Assembly: GCF_000002865.3 (NCBI RefSeq)
Contig: NW_001865056.1
Coordinates: 561,256 to 625,255, forward strand
Length of the DNA: 64,000 nt
From: Monosiga brevicollis MX1
Taxonomy: Eukaryota
Direction of reading: 5' to 3'
Shown here: piece by piece, positions 1-11,804 of the stretch
Position numbering within the stretch: the first letter of the stretch is position 1
Layout of the letters: every line of letters starts with the position of its first letter
Notes under the pieces: model-generated
Database searches by the model: none
Seen by the model: the letters and a program-made list of their open reading frames with translations, nothing else
Told to the model about the DNA's origin: nothing
Made by a program: the position numbers and the translations under genes

Positions 1-188
1 CTCTTCCTCGTGACTCGTGTGCCGCATTTGTCCCTTGCTTTGGAATCTACCCCAAGCCCATTTCTCACCCGCGTGCTTCTGCCATATCTTGGGGGGGCAT
101 CTTCTTCCCCGTGGACCCGCATTTTAGGGCTGACTTCCATCGCGCCCGCTCTGACCCCAAGTTCGATTCTACCCGAGCCACCGTCGCC

Positions 189-1262
189 ATGTTTGGAAGC
201 CCTTTGAAGCTGCCCCCGCTCTTTATCAAGGAGCAGGAGGACAAGGCCACCATGATGAAGGTCCACACCCGCGAGGAGAACGACTTTTATTGGGACAAGG
301 ACAATGAGCCCCATCAAGAGCGCCGCAAGCGCATCCTTGCCGCTCACCCAGAAATCAAGACCCTCATGGGCCCCTGTCCCCGTACCAAATGGGTCGTCTT
401 GGCCACCGTCCTTTTCCAGTTTGCCATGGCGAGCGTCGCCTCCAACTGGAGCTTCCCCGTGCTGTTGGTCCTGACTTACGCCGTCAGCGGCGTGCTCAAC
501 CACATGATGATGCTCGGCGTTCACGAGATTGCCCACAACCTCGCCTTTAAGACTCCCCTCTACAACCGCTGGCTCGCCATCCTCGCCACCGTCCCCATCG
601 GCCTCCCCGTGGCCAACTCCTTCCGCCGCTATCACCTTGAGCACCACAAGTACCAGGGTGAACACGATGTCGATGTCGACATTCCCCTCCCCGGCGAGGC
701 CTGGTTCTTCAACAGCACCATCGGCAAGGCCGTTTGGATGGTTCTCCAGCCCTTCTTTTACGCCCTCCGCCCCATGTTCATGCGCCCCAAGGTTCCCGGC
801 CCCTGGGAGTTTACCAACATCATTGTCAACGTGGCCTACGACAGCATGCTGTACTACTTCTTTGGCTGGCAAGCGCTTTTCTACTGCATTGGTGGCTCCT
901 TGCTGGGTTCTGGTCTTCACCCCGTTGCTGGCCACTTCGTTTCGGAGCACTACGTTTTCCTGCCTACCCACGAAACCTACAGCTACTACGGCCCCCTCAA
1001 CTTTGTGACCTTCAACGTCGGTTACCACAACGAGCACCACGACTTTGCCAACATTCCCGGCTCGCGTCTCCCTCAGCTCAAGGCCATGGCCCCCGAATTT
1101 TATGACAACCTGCCATACTACACCTCGTGGTCGGGCGTCATCATTGACTACATCCTCAACGCTGAAATGACTCCCTTCAGCCGCGTCAAGCGCAAGACGC
1201 TCTCGCCCAGCCTCATGCAGGAAATTTCCGAGCGCGAGGCTCGCACTCAGCGTTGGTGGTAA
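189..1262 (+). CDS. DEGS1: Sphingolipid delta(4)-desaturase DES1 (intronless)
   Basis: N-terminal 'EPHQERRKRILAAHPEIKTLMG', three His boxes (HEIAH, HLEHH, HNEHH) and 'TYSYYGPLN..FNVGYHNEHHDF' are typical of DES1. First ATG at 189. Confidence 0.95.
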   Translation: MFGSPLKLPPLFIKEQEDKATMMKVHTREENDFYWDKDNEPHQERRKRILAAHPEIKTLMGPCPRTKWVVLATVLFQFAMASVASNWSFPVLLVLTYAVSGVLNHMMMLGVHEIAHNLAFKTPLYNRWLAILATVPIGLPVANSFRRYHLEHHKYQGEHDVDVDIPLPGEAWFFNSTIGKAVWMVLQPFFYALRPMFMRPKVPGPWEFTNIIVNVAYDSMLYYFFGWQALFYCIGGSLLGSGLHPVAGHFVSEHYVFLPTHETYSYYGPLNFVTFNVGYHNEHHDFANIPGSRLPQLKAMAPEFYDNLPYYTSWSGVIIDYILNAEMTPFSRVKRKTLSPSLMQEISEREARTQRWW

Positions 1263-1823
1263 ATCGAGCTCGCTTCAAGCATGCCGGATGCCTTGCACAT
1301 CCTCGCTTCCCAGCTGTGAATCTCGAGTGGCCATGACCTGGTGCCACCACGTTCAATGCTTGATTCTTTTTTTTTTTTTTAATCATTCGTTTTGGCCTTG
1401 CCCCCACCTTTTTTTTTTTGGCGGGGGGCATGTCACCATCTTGGAAGATACCGGTTTCCTCGATCCTGTCTTCTGATCGCCAAAAGATTTTGCACTCGTT
1501 TGTAGTTCACGCGATGGCTTGTAGCTCCATCGCTTCTTCCTTTCTTCTAAGCCGGCTCGATGATGTCTTCTGTCTGTCTACATGCGTGCGCTCGTTGGCC
1601 GCGACCCTCCTTAAACAATCAAACACCGATAAGTTCCCGGAAAGCGTTCCGGGTATCAATTTAACATAAAAATTCCAATAGTCTGTCGGTCCTCTTGCAT
1701 TCTACTCTTCCTCTGCTTGCACCCACCACGTCGGTCCCCTTCATGGCTTGCAGGCCTGTACTATGATAATCTGAGCTGCACGCAGGCACGTTGACCAAGC
1801 TGGCACGATACGGCGAATCAAGC

Positions 1824-2341
1824 TTATTCATCACTATCCAAGGAGATCGAGTGCTCCAGTGGCGTTGGTCCAGCATCAATGTCTGGTTCGGGATCTCCTG
1901 CCTGCGCGGGCCACGGAGCACCCTCAACGGCTGCCTGCAGCGCCTGCTCAAACTCATCCTGCCACCAGACCTCGGATGAGCGGTCGGGTCATCTGTTCTC
2001 ACGGGAAGGCACCAAAGGGGACCATACCAGGTTGATGCGGTGCTTTGTGAAGAAGCGCTGCTCAACATGAATGACAGGAATGTCGTATTTGTACTTGTCA
2101 AACCACCGTTCACGCCCGTGGTCCTCAATGTTCACTTGGTTGAGTTGATACTAGACCCAGCCATGATGCGACAGGTGAGAATCCGCGAGTGCGCGCCAAT
2201 CTTCGCCCACGCCCAGCGTCTCTCACTTACCGGCAATCTGCTTTTGCGCATCACGGCCTTGGCCACATCACACAGGTGGCAGTTGGGCTTGGTAAAGAGC
2301 GTCACGAGCACCCGCCGTCCGGCTCCTGCTCCGCTCGCCAT
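1824..2341 (-). CDS. Glutaredoxin-like protein (C5orf63/DUF836 type), spliced
   Basis: Exon 1 'VTLFTKPNCHLCDVAK' (CxxC); a later exon reads 'VNIEDHGRERWFDKYKYDIPVIHVE'; probable stop TAA at 1824-1826. Confidence 0.8.
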
Positions 2342-2660
2342 CGTTTCTCCGTTTTAAGGTTTCTCAAAAAATTAAAAACAAAAACAAAAACCCTCTTTAT
2401 TTTTAATTTTGATTGGCATCACTGTTGTATGGATACTGGTGTGAGGGGTGGTTGTTGACACAGGCTGATGGCAGACGGGACGCGCAGGGAGTAAATTGAC
2501 GGGAACACAAAGACTGCAATAGAATGCTAATGTATGGACAAGGTATTGGGGGAACATAAGAAAAAAATAGAGAAAAGAAGAGTAGAGTCCAAGCTTGCGA
2601 CCAAGCGCGCATGCCTCACTTCTGTTCAAGGGGGTACAGAGATTCGGCTGCGTGCGGTTC

Positions 2661-3752
<1,092 letters not shown>

Positions 3753-4334
3753 AATGGAGCGTGCGTTGACTTGCGTCTGGCAGGCCACAGGCTGAGCTGA
3801 GGGGCTTGAGCGGCGAAGCTCGAGCGGAAAGGAGCACAAGTTGCTGCTTCTGCTTTCAGATCGGTTGATAAAGGCAGGACAGCGCAAGGCTCACGCTCGT
3901 CCCTGGCGGCAAACGTGTTGCTGGATGGGCGGTACCCCCCTACTTTTGCATAGCCAGTTGATGAATGAGACAAAGTCCACACACATGGACACCAGATCAG
4001 CTGGCTCCATGAAATGCCCAAGCAATGTGCGCACACGGCAAGACTCAGTCGTAGCCACAGCCGAGTTGGCAGTACCTTGTGCTCGATAAGATGACTGTGC
4101 AGTCAGTCCCCAGATGCAACACACACCGCATTGACCTCTTCCGTCCGTCTCCGCGCCGACAGCAGCGACAATGATCCGGGGCTTGAAAGGAAAACACAAG
4201 AAAGCTGGTGCCAAGATATAAACAGTCCTCTGATTAACACAGTATTACCATCGCTGCTTTCCCAGCCATCAAACCCCAGGATCAGCCGGGCTGCCGTTTT
4301 CCTTCGTAACGCCGGAGCCGAACGGTTCAACTCG

Positions 4335-4338
<4 letters not shown>

Positions 4339-4407
<69 letters not shown>

Positions 4408-4447
4408 ATTGGTTTGTGAGAGAGGAGAGAGAGAGAGAGAGAGAGAG
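4339..4447. repeat. Interrupted (GA)n microsatellite
   Basis: Two GA runs separated by a short spacer. Confidence 0.95.
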
Positions 4448-4745
4448 TGGCTGACAGTTGCAAAAAAATCTCGATCTATTTAATATTTGTTGTGAATGTG
4501 GAGGTTTATGAAGATTACAATACACCAACAGTTTTAGTTATCAACTCGAAACGACCAGTTTGTGCACATTCTTATTGCAGCCCCCACACACAAATTGGCT
4601 TGTTAGTGTTGTGCGAAGTGTGTAAAAGATCACACTACCGCTTAGACATAGCTTTTTCGTTTTTTTTTTTTTTTTCATTTTTTCTGAGCTGATCGCGTTG
4701 AGGCGCCGGGTTGCCCCTTTGAGGGGGAAGAGAACATCAGGCGTC

Positions 4746-5322
4746 ATGTCCAACTCGGCTGTGGACACGGTCCGCACGATCGATGGTATTCAGGGGTTGT
4801 TTACCTTTGGTGTGCGGCTTGATGGCTTTTCCGGTGCGTGTCGAACGTTCAAGGCATGGTGGCGGTGGGCTGGCGCCTGCGCTGGTGTGCCCGGTTTCTC
4901 ATCACCGATTCTTGACTCAGCCATGTGGCAGACAATTTGGACATGGGACCTGATTGCCTTTGGTGTGTCCCATGCCATCGCGGGCTTGGTGGCTGCCTTC
5001 AAGTTTCGCCGGGAAAAGATCACCGTAGTCATGCTGCTACCCATCATCTTCACCGGCCTTGGACTCTTGTTTTCAGCGGTCGTGGGCCTCATCACCGCAC
5101 TCTTGATTGCCGGCATCTACACCAGCGCAGGTTTCAAGATGACCACGACTGAGGTCTGTGGACTGCCGATGCCACGAGCTTTTGTCTTCATGGGCTTTCC
5201 GCACTCTCTCACCTTGCCCAAATCACCCGCGCCGACGAACGCCATAGGCTCTGGCCTGGGGTGTGGGTCAATTTGTTCTCTACTTCATCACGTCTTTTTC
5301 TCCAAACTATGCCACCTTGTAA
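4746..5322 (+). CDS. TMEM170: TMEM170 family ER membrane protein, spliced
   Basis: 'MWQTIWTW..SHAIAGLVA..GLITALLIAGIYTSAGFKM' spliced to 'ALAWGVGQFVLYFITSFSPNYATL*' matches the TMEM170 pattern. Confidence 0.85.
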
Positions 5323-5686
5323 ATGATCAGTCGCTGCCACACCAGGTCTCAGGGTTCGATGGTAAAGGTGGTCTCTGGTCAATTGTGAACCTCTGCTGCC
5401 CGAGCCCGCAGGCAGACAAAGCTACACGCCAAGCATCCCGCCAGCCCCAACGCAAAAAGCCCCTGGTTGTCATTAGCATGGGGCAAAGCAGGAACAAGAC
5501 CACAATCATGACCACCAAGGCAATGATGTAGGCACGCCCCGCTGGGTACCGGCTGCGCCGGAGTTCACGACGCGCCAAGCGCGCGTGACCCGCTCGTGTC
5601 CTCACAGCTCTTCCGCCAATTGAAGGCCCGAACCTTTGCTGTGCTTGCAGTATACGAACAAGAACAATGATTGGGACTCATGCCTC

Positions 5687-6151
5687 TCAAGGAAGGGTGG
5701 CCGGCGCATCCACGGCAAACTCGGCCATGCCCCACTGAAACTCAGAGGCCACACCAATGCTCTCGGCCAAGTTCAGCGTGGCGTGGCTCCATGCCTCGGG
5801 TACAAACATCACGTCCCCACTGCCCTGCACACACTCTAGCCCTTGGGCCCTACACCAAAGCGAAAATATGCCCGTGAGAGAAAAAAAAACCGCCACATAA
5901 TGCCAACTCGAGCAGAGCATGGGACATTGCCCCCGCCTCCCAGCGCTGTTGCAGCCAGATCTTACTTGAGCGTGGGCCAATCGTCGTCCACCATCTCGCG
6001 AGCCGGCTTGGCATCGTACACCGCGTGGGACGGAGGCAGCAGATACCAATGCTTCAAGCCAAACACCAATGCATTCCACGCACCACTGGTAACAGCATAA
6101 TCACGGGCCATCGCGATGAGACCATCGGCACCAACAAAGACTCGTGTGACT

Positions 6152-6187
<36 letters not shown>

Positions 6188-9100
6188 TAAAGCATACGCA
6201 CCTGTGCACGTGAAGAGGGGCTCCCGAGTCGACAGGCCCCAGATAAAACTAATACATGGTCACGGCTATGATGAGCCAGTACGCCGGACAAATCGAATGA
6301 CGTGGGCACAGCCGTGACATCAAGACTCGTACTTGGACGTTGCGTGACGCGATCTCGGTAATGCTTGGGTTCAGGGCACGTGGTACTTCTGCATCTTGAA
6401 GCAGTGGCGACTCGCCCGCCAAGCTCGCAAAAATATATTGTGGCGGCACGGGCGTCGTGATGCCTGCGTGCACATTTCAATGCATGTTAGTTTCAGAGCA
6501 TACAGAGGAGCAAGCGCAGCTCAACAACATTCACCTTTGGCAAAAGCTTCAGCCACATCGTCCATCTCGGCCATAAAGCCGCGAATGGATGTAATGTTTT
6601 CCTCTTTGTCAAAGCGCCCCGCATAGGGAATCGCGCCTTTGGGAAAGGTCAAGTCTGTGGCACCATGAACACACAAATGCCTGAGCACAGCGGCTTGGAA
6701 ACACTTTCTGTACCAGCCGATCACCTCAAGCACGCACCACCAAAAACATTAAAGAAAGCATCGCGTTGCCAATGCTTGCGCACGCGCTCCCAGCCCGGGG
6801 TGCCGAGCGCATTGCGAATCAAAACGGGTCGCTGGAGACTCAGGTAGTCCCGCAAAAATGTCTCCGCATCGATATCCTGGACCACGTCAATCTCACACGT
6901 GTGCTACACCGCACAAAGCCGAGCTATGAGCCTCCGGTGGGCGTCGACCAGACCAAGCAGCGATAAATACGGTCCTCAAAACAGCACACACAAGGCAGAA
7001 GGTTCAATCTATCAACTCACTCGGGCTTCCCCTTCAGCCAGGTCGGGATGGATTTTCCATCCACCCATCTCCAAAGGCGTATCCACCAAGCTGCGGCGAG
7101 CCCAAACGTCGTTTGAGCAAGGCCAAATCAGCAACCAGAAGACAAGCTGACAAGAGGGATCTGGCAAGAAATGGCTCGGCACGTACGGTGCACGCAACGG
7201 CTTGGTCGAGTCTGGGCAGCTCCCATCGTGCAGCAAGGGTAAAAGAGCAGATTGATGCCAGTAGTGCAGGCAAGCCATGTCTAATGCGCTGCGGCCAAAG
7301 CTGTCCTTGCCGGCCACTGGTAGTCCTAGCTGCACGAGCAGGTGCACCATCTCTGCATGCCCACGCATGACAGCCAGCTGGGGGCACAGAAAAGGAAAGA
7401 AAGAAAGAAAGAAACAAACAAACCAAAAGAAAAGAAACAGCAAGGTCAATACACACAGCTGAGTAAATACACCAAACACCACGATCGGAACACGAGGGCC
7501 CGGGCCGGTAGGGGAACGAACGTGAAGTGGGGTCTGCTGTAGTGAGTTGCGGGCTGCCAGGACGGCACCCGCATTAATGAGCTGTGATAACAGGTCAGTC
7601 AAGCCTGCGGCGGCTGCATTGTGGACTGCAGAAAATCCAAAGCCATTGCTCACTGTTGACAGACACGGAACACAGCCAACGAGCAGCAGGTGAGCCAGGC
7701 CGACACAAGTCAATGAAATATGTGCTAGCTCGCCGGGCATACGTTTTGTTCCGTTGGGGTGAAGGGTCAGGGCATGTTGCACGACCTCCTGCACGTTCAG
7801 ACAACTAGGTTCACAGAATTGCTTCTGTCAAGGCGCGGTGCAGCTGACAGCAATGCCAAGAACGGGTGGACCAGTCTTACGAAGCAAAAAACGCGCGGAC
7901 AGCCGCCATTGGTACAAAGTCGGCCGATACGAGGTGCGCGGGCCAATCAAAGTTGCATGCATCTCCTAGAACCTTGAGCTCATCAACGTCGTCTGATGAG
8001 GCCAACAGCGAGAGGCAAACGATTAATCGTGAGCTCGGCGATGCACCACCGAGTTTACACGGCAAGATCCGCGAATAAGAAAACGCCGGAACGTACGAGC
8101 CGTGAGAACGCTGCGCGCAACATTGACAAAATGACTGTCCAGGCCTGCTGTCAGCAACAGGAGAGCCGATTCCAAGACCGCCTAAGAGACGCGGCAACCA
8201 CGAGACACCCTTTGAGCTCAAAAGTATGGCGGGCATGGCGTACACACAGCATTGGCAGGGTTGTGTCGCGCCACTTTTGTGTGTCGTACATTTCGTGCAT
8301 CGCCCTGTGGATATGCGGCCTCAAAGCGCGCCTGCAGACTGTTGAGACTACTTTGCAGGCCAGTCCAGACCAGCCCTAGCCCTGTTCAACACGTAAAGGC
8401 AGTTGACGCCTGTCAGTGCGGGACAATAACCAAGACAGACGGGACGCAGCATTTGGGCTATGAACGTGGCCAAGACCTTGGTATGGACGAACCATAGCTG
8501 TACTCGGCATGCTCCTGGGTCAGGGCCTCGTTGTTGGGAAACATGGTGGCCAGCACGTCGAGGCCCGCGTGCGCAAAGGCCAAATAATGGCTTCGCTTAT
8601 AAACGTGCACGAGTTGCTTCAGCACCCGCTCCACCTGCAGGACCGCGCATAATCATGAAGTGAGAAGTGGCCAAATAACAAGAGGGGAAGAGGCACGAGC
8701 GCGACTGTAGCAGGCCGCTCAACCCACGCGCTCGGCGAGTGTGAGTGCGAGTGTGAGTGCGGCTGCACGGACCTTGGGTCCCGCATCAAGAAGCCACACC
8801 AAATCTTCCGGAGCACTCCCAGCCGACTATGACAAAAACAAAAGCAAATTTAGGGAGGGGTCAGGTGACAGGTACACCAGGGCACATGCCGCTATGAGGC
8901 GCCAGGGTGAGGTGTGCTTACCTGCAAGAGAGTTTTGCGCCATGTCCCAGGGTCAAGGTGCAGGATGATTTCAAGCGCTCGCTCCAGCTGTTCGACAGCA
9001 TCGTCCACGCGCCCTGCCTTGAGGGCCCACTCGCCACGCACGGCCACAAAGTCTGAATTGCTTGGCTCCAGCTGAATCGCCTGGTCCATCCAGGAGAACG

Positions 9101-9863
9101 CATTGTCGTAGTCTTCCACCTATGTACTCACGCAAGGCACGCCCAGACGAGAGACGAAGGTGATGTGTGCCATATGGGAGCAGGTGGCGTACATCCGAGA
9201 AATGGCAGGGCAGCAGCAAACATTAAAAATGCAAAGCACATGGAAAACACCTACACGCGCCAGAACAAGGCCCACTCGCCAATGGGCACGAGGATCTTGA
9301 GGTCGGAGGTCAGCACAAGCCATGAATTTATCGAGGGCCTCTTGGATCCGACCTTGCTGCAGAGAGGGGACAAAGACAGGCGTTGTTAGATCGAGATCCA
9401 AGAGCACCAGTTGTTTAGTGCGCCATCCTCAGCGCAGCCATACGATACAGCGGTCGTTCGCCGGGCAGCGAGCTGGCGATACCTGGAGATAGGCATTGGC
9501 GGCGCGAATGAGCTGATTGCAGGTGGTACGCGAATCTGCCATGGCTTCCTCGGCTCGGGCTTTGAGGTCTGGGATGGCGGCTGTGGGGAGACTTTGCGCT
9601 GCAGTGGGTGCTGGCGACGGTGTGCCTGGAGCAGCCGATGGCGTCGGAGCTGGCGCCACTGGAGAATCCGTCGGCTTCCAGAACAGCTGAATCAAGACAG
9701 CAACCAGCACCGCCAGCACCGCCAGACGCAGCACGAGACTCCCAGAGATCAGACCAGGCACGTCATCACCAGTGGCAGCATTGCTCTTCTTGGTCGTTTC
9801 CGCCGCTTTCCTCCCATTGCCAGCCGCCCCAGCCCCCACCGCACCCGTTTTCTTTCCTGCCAT
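5687..9863 (-). CDS. Multi-exon TM + TPR + ankyrin + JmjC (JMJD8-like) protein; may be two genes
   Basis: TM 'LRLAVLAVLVAVLIQLFW'. TPRs 'GRIQEALDKFMACADLRPQDPRAHWRVG' and 'YDNAFSWMDQAIQLEPSN'. Ankyrins 'SAVHNAAAAG..GA..NSLQQTPLHLAVMRGH'. JmjC 'FLRDYLSLQRPVLIRN', 'FYLGPVDSGAPLHVH|SGAWNALVFGLKHWYLLPP' and 'CVQGSGDVMFVPEAWSHATLNL'. Confidence 0.75.
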
Positions 9864-9937
9864 CACCGCTCGCTCTCTCCGCTCTCGCTCTCCGCTCGCT
9901 CTTTCGCTCTGAAAATTAAAGAAGGAGTTGTTGCTTT

Positions 9938-10009
9938 TGACACTTGAAATTCTGACAATTAAATTCTGACAAGTAGACACACAGTTCCAAAAACGATGAC
10001 ATGATGACA
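9938..10009. promoter_or_regulatory. TGACA motif cluster in a bidirectional promoter
   Basis: TGACA at 9938, 9953, 9967, 9997 and 10005; AAATTCTGACAA repeated at 9947 and 9961. Lies between divergent ATGs at 9863(-) and 10178(+). Confidence 0.5.
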
Positions 10010-10177
10010 ATTCGTGGTAAAATTTAAAATCGGATGTTGCCCAAGTGGGTTAGCTGTCGGACGGCTCCAAGTGATCGCCGTCGTTGTTGTGATGCCTGAT
10101 TGATGACCTGAGGTGTTGGTCGGAGCTGGCTAGAGGCATGGCGCATTTGGTGGATTGGATCTGCGGCAGCGCTTGGC

Positions 10178-11586
10178 ATGGCTCGACCTCGGATACAATA
10201 CGTGACGCCGCAGCGTATGCTGCGCGACAAGCGGTACTCAGCGGCTGCCCGTCGGAAGGCGGTGGCGGAGGCTGATCACCGAGGCAAGATATTGGGGCTG
10301 CGGGTGGTGGTGATTGGTTTCATCGTGCTGAGGCGACGGGAGCTCCGCGATCCCAGCTTCCATGTGACCTGGGGCGACTTGATAGACGTTTGCCGCCGAG
10401 CTGTTTATGTGCATGACGTTGCCGCTCAGGTTGTGTTGCGGCCCGCGCTGACCGTCGTTCCAAACGGCACGCCCCATGTTGATTTCACCGCAATCTCCCC
10501 AAATGTCTGGCAAAGAGATTTTGGGCTCACTGGTTATGAACAGCTCAAACGCCTGGCATCAGCTCTTGCGTTCACGGACAAGGACTTTATAGTTCCAGTG
10601 GAAGAGGCGTTGCTGGCATTCATGGGGCTCATGCATCGCCCGGGTCGCGTCAGCAATGAGCTTCTGCGCCGGCTTGGGGTATCCTGGGATCCCAGCAAAG
10701 CATCCAAAGTGGTAAACAAATTTGCCACTGCCGTGGCCTCCAAGTTTCAACAACAGCTCGAGTTTGATGGACGGTATTTCAAGGCGCCATGGCTGGAGCA
10801 AGCAGCTGCCGCCACACGCGCCAAGCATCGCCTGACCCAGGGCATCATCGGCTTTGTCGACGGGACAGCCCAGCTACTCTGCAGCAAGGGTCAGGGGCAG
10901 CAGAACGCGGCGCTATCAGGCAACCAGGACGTACGTGCTTGCTGTCTTCTGCTGCTTTCGACAGTCTTCCGACCTTTCACGTGCTCTCTACATCAGTCCC
11001 ATGTTCTAGATTATCAAGGCGTGGTGCTACCTAATGGCCTCATCACTTCATTCTGCGGTCCTTGGGCCAGTATGTGTCAAGGCTTGTTCATTTGAGAACT
11101 GCTCGTGTCAGCCAGAGTTGATGTTTTGCAACCTGCTCCATAGGTGCCGTCCATGAATCGCGGGTTGTAGCGGAAAAGAACCTGGTTGCACGCCTGGACG
11201 CTGCTTTGCCCGACGAGCCACAATACAAGCTACTGGGTGACTTGGCCTACACACGGAGTGACCGAGTGACCCATGCCTCGCCGAGCTCCAAGCGCAAGAA
11301 AAAGACTCAAAAGCAAGGGGCGATGGATCGGGTCTACAAATCTCTGCAGGTGATTGTCGAATTTGCCTTTGGTGCATCGGGCCACGGGGTTACCAGTCGC
11401 TTTCAGGGCGTTACCCAAGCTCCTCAGCTGAGAATGCGACACCGCCCTGTCGAGTGCTACATGATGACTGCAATTCTCCTCAGCAACATGCTCGTTTGTG
11501 ACGAACAAACAAGCCCAGTGGCCGCATATTACGGCAACCGGCTGCGCATCCCTACACTGCAGGAGTACATGCCCAATCGAAACTGA
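10178..11586 (+). CDS. PIF/Harbinger-type DDE transposase-derived nuclease (HARBI1-like), two probable introns
   Basis: Motifs 'GIIGFVDGT', 'HVLDYQGVVLPNGLITSFCGPW', 'VHES', 'LLGDLAY' and 'VIVEFAFG'. Probable GT-AG introns 10931-10996 and 11070-11143; the second joins the two ORFs in frame. Confidence 0.85.
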
Positions 11587-11804
11587 TGTGCTCTTGCCTA
11601 AGAATAGTTCGAATCGATGTCAATCAGATGTACAGCAGCTCACAGCAAGTCGAGGCGGTGGTGCCTTGGATGGCAAGTGAGAAAAAGGACGAAGCTCCCT
11701 GACCCTTCTCATCACAGTTAAACTTTTAAACTTTTTTTTTAAAAAAATTCTCGAAAGGCCAGATTCTTTTTTTATCAAATCGAAAGTTTAATCAGAACGT
11801 CGAA

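Noticed and set aside
9900..11800. Complete active Harbinger transposon
   Set aside because: No TIR pair, TSD or Myb ORF found by eye; called as a gene instead.
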